Of a DNA stretch of 64,000 nt, positions 29,830 to 40,400 are shown one piece after another. A program made the position numbers and the translations under genes. Source of the stretch: Candidatus Eiseniibacteriota bacterium (lineage in GTDB: Bacteria; Eisenbacteria; RBG-16-71-46; CAZAMP01); NCBI GenBank assembly GCA_965224245.1, contig OZ245046.1, forward strand, positions 4,160,001 to 4,224,000. Reading direction: 5' to 3'. Numbering within the stretch: position 1 is the stretch's first letter; each line of letters starts with the position of its first letter. The notes under the pieces are model-generated. The model was not told the origin of the DNA. It saw only the letters and a list, made by a program, of their open reading frames with translations, and ran no database searches.

Positions 29830-30777
29830 ATGCAGCGACTCGTCCCGATCCTCGTCGCGAGCGCCGTCCTCACCGGCACGAGCTTCGCCGGCCCACCCAT
29901 GGAGACCGAGTACCGCGTCACCTTCACGGCCACCTGGAGCGCGGACACCCATCCGATCGACTTCCCATCGAACGCGCACTTCTCGCCGATGATCGGCGTC
30001 ACGCACGACGACACGGTCGTCTTCTGGGAGGACGGCGGACTGGCCACTGATGGCATGGAGTCCATGGCCGAGACCGGTGCGACCGCCACCCTGAACGGCG
30101 AGTTCGGCTCGGCGGTGGCCGCCGGCCGTGCGGCCGGCATCTTCCTGGGGAGCACCTTCGACTCGCCCGGCGCACAGACCCTCACGTTCACGATCTCGCA
30201 GGATCATCCGCTGGTGACCCTCGTGTCGATGATGGCACCGAGCCCCGACTGGTTCGTCGGCGTGTCCGGCGTGTCACTGTTCGAGGACGGCGACTGGGTG
30301 CCGGTGAAGGCGTTCGAGCTGGTCGTGTGGGACGCGGGGACGGACAGCGGCGCCACGTTTACCGCACCGGACGACGACACCGATCCGCAGATCCCGATCG
30401 CCCACAAGGACGACTACGCGTTCGCGAACGGCTTGCCGGTGGGGTCGTTCGTGTTCGCGCGCACGTCGGTCGGCGTCGAGCCGGGCGCTCCCGGGGGCCC
30501 CCCCGTGGTGCTGTCGGCGCCCAGCCCCAATCCGATGCGAGCGTCGACGTCGTTCACGATCGCGACGACCGGCGCCTCTCCACGGGATGCACTCGTTCTC
30601 GACGTGCGGGGACGCGTCGTGCGCGATCTCGGCGCCGTCTTGACCGACGCTCCCACGCAGCGGCTCTCGTGGGACGGCCGCGACGGATCCGGTCGCCGGG
30701 TCGTGCCGGGCATCTACGTCGTCCGGATCGAGACGGGGGGCGCCTCGTTCGCGCAGAAGGTCGTCGTCGCGAACTGA
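29830..30777 (+). CDS. Spondin_N domain protein with C-terminal FlgD-Ig domain
   Basis: YRVTFTATWS..THP...AHFSP, AETG, SMMAPSPDWFVG, WDAGTDSG; PSPNP...WDGRDGSG...PGIYVVR. Confidence 0.9.
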   Translation: MQRLVPILVASAVLTGTSFAGPPMETEYRVTFTATWSADTHPIDFPSNAHFSPMIGVTHDDTVVFWEDGGLATDGMESMAETGATATLNGEFGSAVAAGRAAGIFLGSTFDSPGAQTLTFTISQDHPLVTLVSMMAPSPDWFVGVSGVSLFEDGDWVPVKAFELVVWDAGTDSGATFTAPDDDTDPQIPIAHKDDYAFANGLPVGSFVFARTSVGVEPGAPGGPPVVLSAPSPNPMRASTSFTIATTGASPRDALVLDVRGRVVRDLGAVLTDAPTQRLSWDGRDGSGRRVVPGIYVVRIETGGASFAQKVVVAN

Positions 30778-30989
30778 CGAGCGCTCGCGCGACGTCCGGC
30801 CGTGAGTTAGCCTGATCGCGTTCCCGAGCTCGCCCGCCGGGGGATCGCGATCGAGAGTCCGCCCACCAATCGGCCCTGGCGCTGGCGCGAGTCGATCCTG
30901 CGCGACCCCGACGGGACGCGTCTGTGCTTCTGCCACGCGGGTGAGAAGCGCCTCCATCCCCCCTGGCGCATCGCCGACGGAGACTCACG

Positions 30990-31382
30990 ATGACGTCGAG
31001 TCCGATCAATCTGCGCGAGAAGCTCTCGCGCTTCGACGAGCACTGGACACCCCGGATCGTGGCCGAGCTGAACGGCCAGTACGTGAAGCTCGCCAAGGGC
31101 CTCGGCGATCTGGTCTGGCACGCACACGCCGACGAGGACGAGCTGTTCCTCGTGATCGAGGGGCGGCTCACGCTCGAGCTCCGGGAGGTCGACGCCGATG
31201 GACGGACCCACGAGCGAGCGGTCGATCTCGATCCCGGCGAGATGTTCGTCGTGCCGAGAGGCGTCGAGCACCGGCCGATCGCGCGCGAGGAGGTGCACAT
31301 CCTCCTGTTCGAGCCCACGTCCACCGCACACACCGGCGACGTCCGGAGTGATCAGACCGTCGAGACCCTCGACTGGATCTGA
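30990..31382 (+). CDS. Cupin domain protein
   Basis: EHWTPRIV, WHAHADEDELFLV, GEMFVVPRGVEH. Confidence 0.9.
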   Translation: MTSSPINLREKLSRFDEHWTPRIVAELNGQYVKLAKGLGDLVWHAHADEDELFLVIEGRLTLELREVDADGRTHERAVDLDPGEMFVVPRGVEHRPIAREEVHILLFEPTSTAHTGDVRSDQTVETLDWI

Positions 31383-31466
31383 GACGGTGCCACGGAAGAC
31401 GCGCCCGTGGCGTGGTACCCTGAGACGACTCGCACGGCGACCCCGCGCCCCATCTCCGGAGGCACC

Positions 31467-32696
31467 ATGACGCACGGCATCGGAATCGCTCGTCCCGCTC
31501 TCGCGATCACCGCGATCGTGGTCGCCGCGACCATCACCTCCGCTCTGGCCGGGACCGCGCGTGCCGATTTCACGATCGATCTCGGGCGGGGGCCGGTGAC
31601 GGTGCACGAGCCGTCCGGATACGACGGCTCACCGACTCCGCTCGTGCTGCTGCTCCACGGCTACTCGGCCTCGGGATCGGCTCAGGAGAGCTACTTCGGG
31701 TTCCTGCCGATCCTCGACGAGTACGGGTTCTTCTATCTCTTCCCCGACGGTACGGTGGATGGGTTCGGCAACCGGTTCTGGAACGCCACTGATGCCTGCT
31801 GCGACTTCGGCGGCCTCATGCCCGACGATTCGGGCTACCTGCGTGCGCTCCTGGACGAGGTCATCGCCCAGCGCAACGTCGACCTCGATCGGGTGTACGT
31901 GATGGGCCACTCGAACGGCGGGTTCATGTCCTATCGGATGGCCTGCGACCACGCCGATCTCGTGGCCGCGATCATGAGCCTGGCCGGCGCGACGTTCGCC
32001 GACGAGACGGACTGCGCGCCGGTGGCGCCCGTGCACGTGCTCCAGGTCCACGGCACGGCCGACACCGTCGTCCTGTACGACGGCGGGACGATCACCGGCG
32101 TTCCCTATCCCGGCGCGGTGGAGAGCGTCGAGACGTGGGCCGCATACGACGGATGCACGCCGGTCGCGGACACCTCGGCCGATCCGATCGATCTGGACCG
32201 CTCGATCCCCGGTGACGAGACGACGATCACGCGATACACGGACGCCTGCGATCCCGGCGGGTCGGCCGAGCTCTGGTCGATCGCCGGCGGCGCGCACTCG
32301 CCACTTCTGGTCACCGATTTCTCGCACCGGATCATGCACTGGTTCTACGCGCATCCGAAGGGCGCGATCGTCGGCGTCGCCACGACCCCGGCGCTGGCGG
32401 ATGCCCGGGGATCGATCCAGTTCGCCCCGAACCCGTTCCGGTCGAGCGCGCGGTTCGAGATCGCGATGCCGGGGGCCGGGACCGCCGTCGTGACCATCCA
32501 CGACGTCGCGGGTCGCCTCGTGCACCGGTTCGAGTCCACCGCTTCCCCGAGCGGGCTCGTCACCGCACGCTGGAACGGCCGGACGACGGACGGCCGCGCC
32601 GCGCCGGCCGGCGTGTACGTCGTCCGCGCCACATCGGGCGACGGCGCGTCCCATGGCGAGGTGCGAGCCGGGCGGGTCGTCCTCGTGGGGGAGTGA
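31467..32696 (+). CDS. Secreted alpha/beta-hydrolase (PHB depolymerase/LpqC-like esterase) with FlgD-Ig domain
   Basis: LLLHGY, WNATDACC, GHSNGG, HGTAD, GGAH; APNP...WNGR...GVYVVR tail. Confidence 0.88.
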   Translation: MTHGIGIARPALAITAIVVAATITSALAGTARADFTIDLGRGPVTVHEPSGYDGSPTPLVLLLHGYSASGSAQESYFGFLPILDEYGFFYLFPDGTVDGFGNRFWNATDACCDFGGLMPDDSGYLRALLDEVIAQRNVDLDRVYVMGHSNGGFMSYRMACDHADLVAAIMSLAGATFADETDCAPVAPVHVLQVHGTADTVVLYDGGTITGVPYPGAVESVETWAAYDGCTPVADTSADPIDLDRSIPGDETTITRYTDACDPGGSAELWSIAGGAHSPLLVTDFSHRIMHWFYAHPKGAIVGVATTPALADARGSIQFAPNPFRSSARFEIAMPGAGTAVVTIHDVAGRLVHRFESTASPSGLVTARWNGRTTDGRAAPAGVYVVRATSGDGASHGEVRAGRVVLVGE

Positions 32697-32702
32697 CCCC
32701 CG

Positions 32703-33221
32703 GTGTCCCGGTCGTCCGCCGCGGTCACGGTGCGCGAGGCGAGATCCGGCGACGCGGCCGTGCTCACCGAGATCGCGCACGCCGCCAAGCGACACTGGGG
32801 CTATCCCGAGGAGCTGATCGCGCTCTGGCGAGAGGATCTCTCGATCACGCCGGCGTCCATCGCCCGCGACGCGACCCTGATCGCCGAGATCGACGGCACA
32901 CCGGTGGGCGTCGTCGCGATCTCGACCTGGCGTGAGGTTCCGGAGATCGAGCATCTCTGGGTGCGGCCCGAGCGGATGGGGCTGGGCATCGGCCGGCACC
33001 TCTACACGCTCGCGCTGGAGCGTGCGGCGCGGGCCGGAGCCTCGACGGTGGTCGTCGTCTCGGACCCCTACGCCGAGTCGTTCTATGTGCGGATGGGCGC
33101 AGTGCGCGTCGGAGACTCGCCGTCGATGCCGCCGGGGCGACGCCTCCCGCGTCTTCTGCACACGCTCACCATGCCGGGCCGGGACGCGTCGGTAGACAGA
33201 CCGCCGGGAGGCCGGCCGTGA
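32703..33221 (+). CDS. GNAT N-acetyltransferase
   Basis: KRHWGYP, HLWVRPERMGLGIGRHL, SDPYAESFYVRMGA. Confidence 0.88.
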   Translation: MSRSSAAVTVREARSGDAAVLTEIAHAAKRHWGYPEELIALWREDLSITPASIARDATLIAEIDGTPVGVVAISTWREVPEIEHLWVRPERMGLGIGRHLYTLALERAARAGASTVVVVSDPYAESFYVRMGAVRVGDSPSMPPGRRLPRLLHTLTMPGRDASVDRPPGGRP

Positions 33222-33727
33222 TCGCCGCCCCCGACCCGATCCGGATCCGCGCCTTCGTGCCGCCCGATCAGCGGTCGTGCGAGGACATCCTGCGCGGCCT
33301 CCCACAGTGGTTCGGGATCGAGCAGGCGATCGTCGAGTACGTGGCGTCGGTCGCGACGTTCGAGACCCTTGTCGCCGCGCGGGCCGACGCTGGCGACGCC
33401 GCGGCCTCCGACGTGATCGGCTTCCTGACCCTGCACACCCACAATCGCTATGCCGCCGAGATCCACGTGATGGCCGTCCGGGCCGGACACCACGGCAGCG
33501 GCATCGGTCGTCGTCTGGTCGAGCACGCCGAAGATCTGCTCAACGAGCGTGACGTCGAGTACCTTCACGTGAAGACGCTGGGTCCGTCGCGTCCGAACGA
33601 CGCGTACGCCAGGACGCGCGGCTTCTACCACGCGATGGGATTTCGTCCCATCGAGGAGAATCGTCTGTGGGGAGACGTCAATCCGTGCCTGATGCTGGTC
33701 AAGTACCTGCCCCGGGTCGGGCGCTGA
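33218..33727 (+). CDS. GNAT N-acetyltransferase
   Basis: LPQWFGI, MAVRAGHHGSGIGRRL, VKTL, TRGFYHAMGF. Confidence 0.88.
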   Translation: MIAAPDPIRIRAFVPPDQRSCEDILRGLPQWFGIEQAIVEYVASVATFETLVAARADAGDAAASDVIGFLTLHTHNRYAAEIHVMAVRAGHHGSGIGRRLVEHAEDLLNERDVEYLHVKTLGPSRPNDAYARTRGFYHAMGFRPIEENRLWGDVNPCLMLVKYLPRVGR

Positions 33728-34755
33728 TCGAGGGCACCTTCACCCTCGCGGCCACGTGTGGCCTGGCGGCGATCGCGATCGCGGTCTGCCCGTCCGCGAG
33801 GGCCACCGTCCCCGTCGGAGACGGACCGATCGTCGTATCGCACTACGAGCCGGCGTCGGGCCTCGTGCGCATCGGACCCGAGCCCGAGCGGGCGATCGAG
33901 CGCGTCGAGCGCGGCCACACACTGCTGTTGCCGCCGGGGAACCGGAACGCGCGCGGGATCGTCGTGTTCCTCGATGGATGGCCGGTCGACGCGGATGCGA
34001 GCCTCGCATCGGACGGCGGCTTCGACCGGTCCGCCCTGGCTCGCGACGTCGGGGTCCTGCACGTCACGACCGGCGACCCGCTGGACTTCCTCTTCGAGGA
34101 CACGGACGTGGCCGAGCTCGTCGATCGCGTCCAGGCGATCCTCCTCGAAGAGGACCTCCGGAACGTACCGGTGTTCCTCGCCGGCATGTCCCTCGGGGGC
34201 ACGCGCGCGGCCAGGCTGGCCGTGTACCTTCATACCCATCGTCAGGACGTGTGGCTTCGCGCGGCGGGACTCGCGATGGTGGATGCGCCTCTGGACATGG
34301 TTCGGTTCTGGCACTCCGAGACGCGCGCCGCGAGGGTGAACGCACACCCGGCGGCCGCCGACGAGGGGCGCTGGGTGACCTACCTGCTCGAGACGCACCT
34401 CGGTGGCTCACCGGACACCGCCCGCGATCGCTTCGTTGCCTACTCGCCGTTCGTCCACGGTGAGCCCTCGGGCGGCAACGCGGCCCATCTCCGGGAGATT
34501 CCGGTTCGGGCCTACCACGAGCCCGACGTGGACTGGTGGATCGAGAACCGGCGCAAGGACTACTACAGCATGAACTCCATCGATCTCGCCGCGCTCGTGA
34601 CCGAGCTCCTCGTGATGGGCAACGATCACGCCGAGCTGATCACGACGCACGCCGCGCGGGCAGAGTACCCGGACGCGTCGCCGCACACGTGGTCGATCGT
34701 CGACGACGGCGAGCTCGTGGAGTGGTTCCTGTCCTCGATCGAGCGCGACCGCTGA
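33667..34755 (+). CDS. Exported alpha/beta-hydrolase fold protein (true start probably near 33724)
   Basis: Nucleophile elbow GMSLGG; C-terminal PHTW; hydrophobic signal-like stretch. Confidence 0.7.
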   Translation: MGRRQSVPDAGQVPAPGRALIEGTFTLAATCGLAAIAIAVCPSARATVPVGDGPIVVSHYEPASGLVRIGPEPERAIERVERGHTLLLPPGNRNARGIVVFLDGWPVDADASLASDGGFDRSALARDVGVLHVTTGDPLDFLFEDTDVAELVDRVQAILLEEDLRNVPVFLAGMSLGGTRAARLAVYLHTHRQDVWLRAAGLAMVDAPLDMVRFWHSETRAARVNAHPAAADEGRWVTYLLETHLGGSPDTARDRFVAYSPFVHGEPSGGNAAHLREIPVRAYHEPDVDWWIENRRKDYYSMNSIDLAALVTELLVMGNDHAELITTHAARAEYPDASPHTWSIVDDGELVEWFLSSIERDR

Positions 34756-34782
34756 CCCGCGAGGACGTCTCGAGCGACCGGC

Positions 34783-35802
34783 TCAGGGTGGTGACGCCGG
34801 GAACGTGACCTCGTCCGGGCCCGAGCCTTGCACCTCGGCCGCCAGGTTCGCCAGCAGGATGAGCCCCGCCCCGGTCAGCGCCATCGGCGTCAGCGTGCTT
34901 CCCACGGCCACGAACGCGAACGCCGACGCGAACACCGGCTCGGCGAGGTAGACGATCGCGGCCCGCGTGGGCGTCACCGCCGGCTGGAACGCGAACACGA
35001 TCCCGTAGGCCAGGACCGTCGAGACGAGGGTCACCTCCACCAGATTCAGCCAGATCGCATGGCTTCCGAGGAGTCCGCCGAACGAGAGAGCCACGCTGTC
35101 GGTGCCGGTCGCCAGAATGCGCCCGAGAGTCGGTGGCATCAGCGCCTCACCGTGACCCATGGCCGCCACCGTGATGGCGCTCGCGATCCCCACGATCGTG
35201 AACTGGAGCCAGGTCAGGACGTCGATGTTCTCGCCCGGCGCGACGTGGTTGTACACGATGATGTGCACGCCGAAGAACACCGCGCACATGAGACCGAGCA
35301 GCTCGCCGATGCCGAAGCCGGTCGGGGTGGCGCCCGTCATCATCCAGATCCCGGTCGTGGCCAGGCCGACCGCGACCCACATCACCGGCCGGGGCGGCCG
35401 GCGCAGGGCGAACGTCATCGTCAGGGGCACGATCACGACCGTGAGGCTGGTCAGGAACGCGCTGACCGCCTCGCTGGTGTATCCCAGGCCGACGACCTGG
35501 GCGATGCTCGACAGCCACAGCACGAGACCGACCACGAGCCCGCGCCGGATCGTGGCCCGGGAGCTCGCGGCCAGCGCGGCGAGGGTGCCCGGCCGGAATA
35601 CCAGCCACAGCACCGCCGCGGCCAGGAAGCGAACCGCCATGAAGAAGACCGGACCCACGACGTCGGTCTCGCCGAGGCCGAGGGCGGCGTTCACGCCCGC
35701 GCCTCCCCGCTTGATCCACGTGAACGAGCAGCCCCAGAACGCGGTGGCCAGCACGAGGGCCGTGACGGCCGCCCGATGTGAGGATTGGCGCGCCGTGGTC
35801 AA
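34783..35802 (-). CDS. DMT/EamA family transporter (start uncertain)
   Basis: FWGCSF, RFLAAA, SAFLTSL, EPVFA; ~10 TM helices. Confidence 0.88.
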   Translation of the reverse strand: MTTARQSSHRAAVTALVLATAFWGCSFTWIKRGGAGVNAALGLGETDVVGPVFFMAVRFLAAAVLWLVFRPGTLAALAASSRATIRRGLVVGLVLWLSSIAQVVGLGYTSEAVSAFLTSLTVVIVPLTMTFALRRPPRPVMWVAVGLATTGIWMMTGATPTGFGIGELLGLMCAVFFGVHIIVYNHVAPGENIDVLTWLQFTIVGIASAITVAAMGHGEALMPPTLGRILATGTDSVALSFGGLLGSHAIWLNLVEVTLVSTVLAYGIVFAFQPAVTPTRAAIVYLAEPVFASAFAFVAVGSTLTPMALTGAGLILLANLAAEVQGSGPDEVTFPASPP

Positions 35803-36259
35803 GAGTCGCCGAACCGGGTCTCGAACGCCATGCGACGGACCGGGTGCGCGCCGGGCGGCCGGGGGTCGCTCGGCCGGAGGACGGGGATCCCGTGAGTCTT
35901 CGTGTCCAGGGCTGCATCTATCCGATGGGACATGCCCCGCCGGAGATGGCCGGGGCCGCCGGTCCCGGGCGAAGCCTCGGGGGCGGCGAACGTCGCCTGG
36001 GCCGGCGATCCCGCCCCGGTCGTGGAAGCGGGAAGCGGGAGGATCACGCGTGGAATCACGGTCCGGCGCCTCCTCACCGACGGCGCGCGCGATGTCGGAA
36101 GTGACGGGCCACGTCGGCGTCGGAGCCCGCGAACGCAAGAGAGAGTGAGAGATCGGGCGGTCGAGGTCAAGTCGGGTGCCCGGCGCACGTTGACCGGGGG
36201 ATGCGGCCTCCGTATCCTCATCGGCCTTCGATCCCACGTCACCACAGCGAGAGGAACCC

Positions 36260-37240
36260 ATGCTCTGGACCCACTCCATCCGTCCCCGGTCGAGGGCCAT
36301 GTTCGTGTGGACGGCGCTCCTCACCGCCATCGGCGCCCTCACCTGGCCGGCGGCCGCGCGTGACCGCGAGCCGATCTCGGCCGGCGAGGCCTTCTGGAAC
36401 ACGTGGAGCGACGGACGGGCCGAGCTGGATGGCTACCGCGTCAGGACGCCGCGCTACGGCCAGCCGCGCGACGGTCACGTCGTTCTGATCTACGTCACCG
36501 AGGAGATGAACAAGCGAACGCTGATCAAGGACGACACCGGACGCGTGCCTCCCGGCGACAAGGAAGTCGTCATGAAGCTCAATCACACGCTGACCTTCCG
36601 CACCGGCATCTATCCGTACTCGGTGATGACGAGCGTCTTCTCGCCGGTCGGTTCGGACGGAACACGCGAGCAGTTCGCGCCGGTCAAGATCTCGTTCACG
36701 GCCCAGGAGTGGTGCGGGCACGTCTATCACACGCTCGAGCCCACGGCCGAGGCGTTCGAGAGCGAGATCCGATCGTACTTCTCGTCCGAAGGGGATGCGA
36801 ACACGACTCGCGTGACCGAGCCGTTCACGCTGTACGAGGACGCGCTGTGGATTCAGCTCCGCGAGCTGGACGGGCCGTTCGAGGGCGGCGGGGACTGGAG
36901 CGGTGAGCTGGTACCGTCGATGTGGTCCGCCCGACGCGCACATCGACCGCTGGAGCCGGTGGCGGCCACGATCACCCGGGCGACGACGACCGTCGAGGGC
37001 ACACCGGTCACGCGCTTCACGCTGCGCTACGGCGACTTCACCCGGGAGTTCGACGTCGAGTCCGGCGGCGCGCGTCGCATCCTGGCCTGGCGCACCTCCG
37101 AGGGTGAGGAGGCCGTGCTGACCGGCAGCACGCGCCTGCCCTACTGGCAGCTCAACGACGTGGGTGACGAGCGATACCTCGCGGAGATCGGTCTGATCCC
37201 GACCTCGATGAGGACCGACGAGGATGGCACAGCCCGCTGA
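36260..37240 (+). CDS. Conserved exported hypothetical protein
   Basis: Signal peptide; W.DGRAEL..Y, RYG...G..VLIYVTE, KLN....F.TGIYPYSVMTS.F, QEWCG. Confidence 0.75.
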   Translation: MLWTHSIRPRSRAMFVWTALLTAIGALTWPAAARDREPISAGEAFWNTWSDGRAELDGYRVRTPRYGQPRDGHVVLIYVTEEMNKRTLIKDDTGRVPPGDKEVVMKLNHTLTFRTGIYPYSVMTSVFSPVGSDGTREQFAPVKISFTAQEWCGHVYHTLEPTAEAFESEIRSYFSSEGDANTTRVTEPFTLYEDALWIQLRELDGPFEGGGDWSGELVPSMWSARRAHRPLEPVAATITRATTTVEGTPVTRFTLRYGDFTREFDVESGGARRILAWRTSEGEEAVLTGSTRLPYWQLNDVGDERYLAEIGLIPTSMRTDEDGTAR

Positions 37241-37431
37241 CCGCGCCGATGACCGCCCCGCCAGTCACAAGCTTCTTCGACAAATCGACTTACCAAAAAC
37301 CGAGCCGTGCGGCTCAACATGTCATTTAATCATGGACCGACATTGCGCCGGTTATTTGATGCATTCTCGTGGTACGCTTACTCCACGCTCGCTCGACGAG
37401 TCCCGCGCCACAAGTCCGCACCGGAGGAAGC

Positions 37432-40400
37432 ATGCCGGCAACGCTCGATCGCCGATCCGGAGGTGCCTCAGGCCTCGCGACCGTCATCGGCCTGTTGGTT
37501 TCCGTCACCCTGGTATCCACGACCTTCGCAGCCACCGTTCGTACGCCCCGTACCGGCGAGACCATCGCGCTCGCGCCGGCCCGGACCGCCGGGGCCTGCG
37601 TCCCCCTCCAGGAGGACGACGGATCGTACGAGAACGCCTATGCGCTGAACTTCACGGACGTGGCCGCGCCCGACGTCGGGGCGTTCGCGAAGTACTTTCA
37701 CTCGCCGTTTCCCGACGCCGCGGTGTCGCTGTGCAGCGTCTCGCTCCAGTTCACCGCGCTCGCGTCGTTTCCCCAGGACGACGCCACGTTCGACGTCCGC
37801 ATCTACTCGCACGACGGCTCCGGCCCGGGCGATCTCCTGACGGTCCGGTACGGCATCGACCCCGGACCGATCGCGCTCTGGCCCGCCATCACGACCGTGA
37901 CCGTCGACTTCTTCGGGGTCGAGATCCCGACCGACGAGTTCTGGGTGGCGTTCTGGGGCGACTGGCCGGGCGCCGAGCTGGAGTGGTTCCTGGCCGCCGA
38001 CCAGAACGGCGCCTTTCCACCCGTCCTCGATCACGTGAACGACAGCGCACTGGGGTGGATCCCGGTCGAGAGTCATCCCGAGTTCCCGTCCTGCCGGAAC
38101 GTCGGCATCCGCTGCGAGGTGGAGCCCCCGACCGGACGCGCTCCCCTTCCGGTCATCGGTGACGAGGTCGCCATCGATCTCGGATGCGGCGCGTACTCCA
38201 ACCCCGGCCCCGACCCGCTGCTCGTCTGCACGACGACGGTGACGGCCACGGATCCCGAGACACCGTGGGTCCGCGTCCACTTCGACCAGCTGGACATCGG
38301 CGCCTACGACTACCTCGTGATCTCCGACCAGCTCGGCGAGTCGTACAGGATCGAAGGTCGCGAGGCCCCCCTCTGGCCCACCGAGTACTACTCGCTGGCC
38401 GTGGACGGACCCGAGGCGACGGTCGAGCTGTGGGCGGTCCCCGGCAGCAGCGGGGGCGGCATCCACCTGGACTTCTACGACGCCGGCCGATCGGACTCGC
38501 ACGTCGACCGCTCGATCTGCGGCAGCGACGACCGCGGGGTCGCCACCTCGAAGCCTACCGGCCGGATGCGGATCAAGGACAAGAACGGCGTGACCTACGT
38601 GGGCACCGCGTTCCTGATCAGCGAGAACGGGTGCTACCTCTCGGCCGGCCACAACTTCGACGACGTGGACCTGACCGACCCGGGCAACATCGTCATGGAG
38701 CACAACACGCCCGCGTCCACCGCGGGCGGCTCGCCGAAGCCGGCGAAGGCCGAGGATCAGTACAAGCTGGATCCGTCGGTCCCGCCGTGCTGGAAGTCGA
38801 ACGGCGAGGGGGACGACTATGCCGTGTTCAAGGTCAAGCCCAACGAGAAGACGAAGAAGACGCCGGGTACCGCCCAGGGCCTCTACTACCCGCTGAAGTC
38901 GGCCGCGCCCGATTCGGGGTCGTCGGCCAAGGTCGTCGGATACGGGAAGGACGACGGCGCGTCGAGCTTCACCCAGCAGGAGCACACGGGCATGGTGACC
39001 GGCGTCACCGGGACCCGCATCAACCACAACGCCGACACCAGGGTTGGCAACTCGGGCAGCCCGATCCTGAACTCGAACGGCGGCGTCGTGGGCATCCACA
39101 CGAACGGTGGCTGCAAGCCCGACGGCACGGGCTCGAACTCGGGAACCGTCATCACCGCCCCCGACCTCCAGGCCTGCATCAACCAGGTGTGCCCGAAGGA
39201 CGACGTCTTGCCCCCGCTCGGCGACGACCTGATCACGATCACGTGCACGGGCGATCTGACGGTGCCGGATCTGGGCATCAGCCAGAGCGTCACGCTGACC
39301 GGCAGCATGGTCATGCACCGCGAGTCCCCGATCAGCATCGGCGGTCTCGGCACGGTCGACTTCACGATCTCGGGCTTCCAGGCCAGCGGGCTCACGGCGA
39401 TGGGGCCGGTCGAGCTGACCTCGCCCGCGTTCAGCGTGCCCAGCGGGGAAGCGTCGCAGATCGATCCCCTGGTGTTTGTACCGCTCAGCTATCTGTGCGA
39501 GCTGCCACTGGCGCTGCGCCTGCCGACCCCGTGGGCACCGTTCCCGGCACCGTTCCCGATTCTGCTCTCCGGGGAGTTCACGTCGTTCCCGATCTGGGAC
39601 TCGGCGGACCTGATCGCACCGCCCGACCCGATCCCGTTCGTCGACGAGGACGAGATCGTCCGGGCGACGCTCTCGAACCTCGTCATCGATCCCGCGCCGC
39701 CGACGTTCTGCCACACGGTGGATGCGGCGACGCTGGAGCTGGTGACGAATCCGCTGCCCCCGACCTCGCTCGTGATGGAGACACCCGGCGGGCTCGGCAT
39801 CCGGCCCCACCCGGAGGAATGGAGCACCGGAACGAGCCGCTGGATCGCACCGTTCGACGTGTCGGGCGTCGACCTCCTCTTCTCGAGCGACCCGGCGTAC
39901 CAGGAGGTGAAGGTGGCGGTCGGCCCATCGGGGACGTCGTTCGGTGAGCTCGTGCAGTCGCTCTACCGGACGTACCCGTCGGACGCCCTCGAGAGCGTCG
40001 AGCTGCGGGTCGAGGTGCAGAGCCTCGGATCGACGTTCGAGACGGTCGCACCGTTGCCCGTCGTCTCGAGCGGTACCGGGGTCTCCGGCTTGCCGTTCCT
40101 GCCGGGCGACTCGTTCCAGAGCCTCGGTGGCACGGGGCTCGTTCAGCTCCCGGCGCCGGACGGCGTCGGACGCATCGACGGGTCCGCGGCGCGCGATCGC
40201 GGCATCGACGGGTCGATCACGTCGCTCGCGTTCACGGTCGGCGACGTCTTTCCGTGGCAGCCGCTCCCCGATCCTGGCGTGAGCCAGTACTGCGTGTCCG
40301 TCGAGGTGCACATGAACCTCGACGCGTTCGGTCCGCTCTCGTTCGAGTCACGCGGCTACTTCGACGTTCAGCGAGGCCCCGTAGAGCCCCTTCCGGGCGG

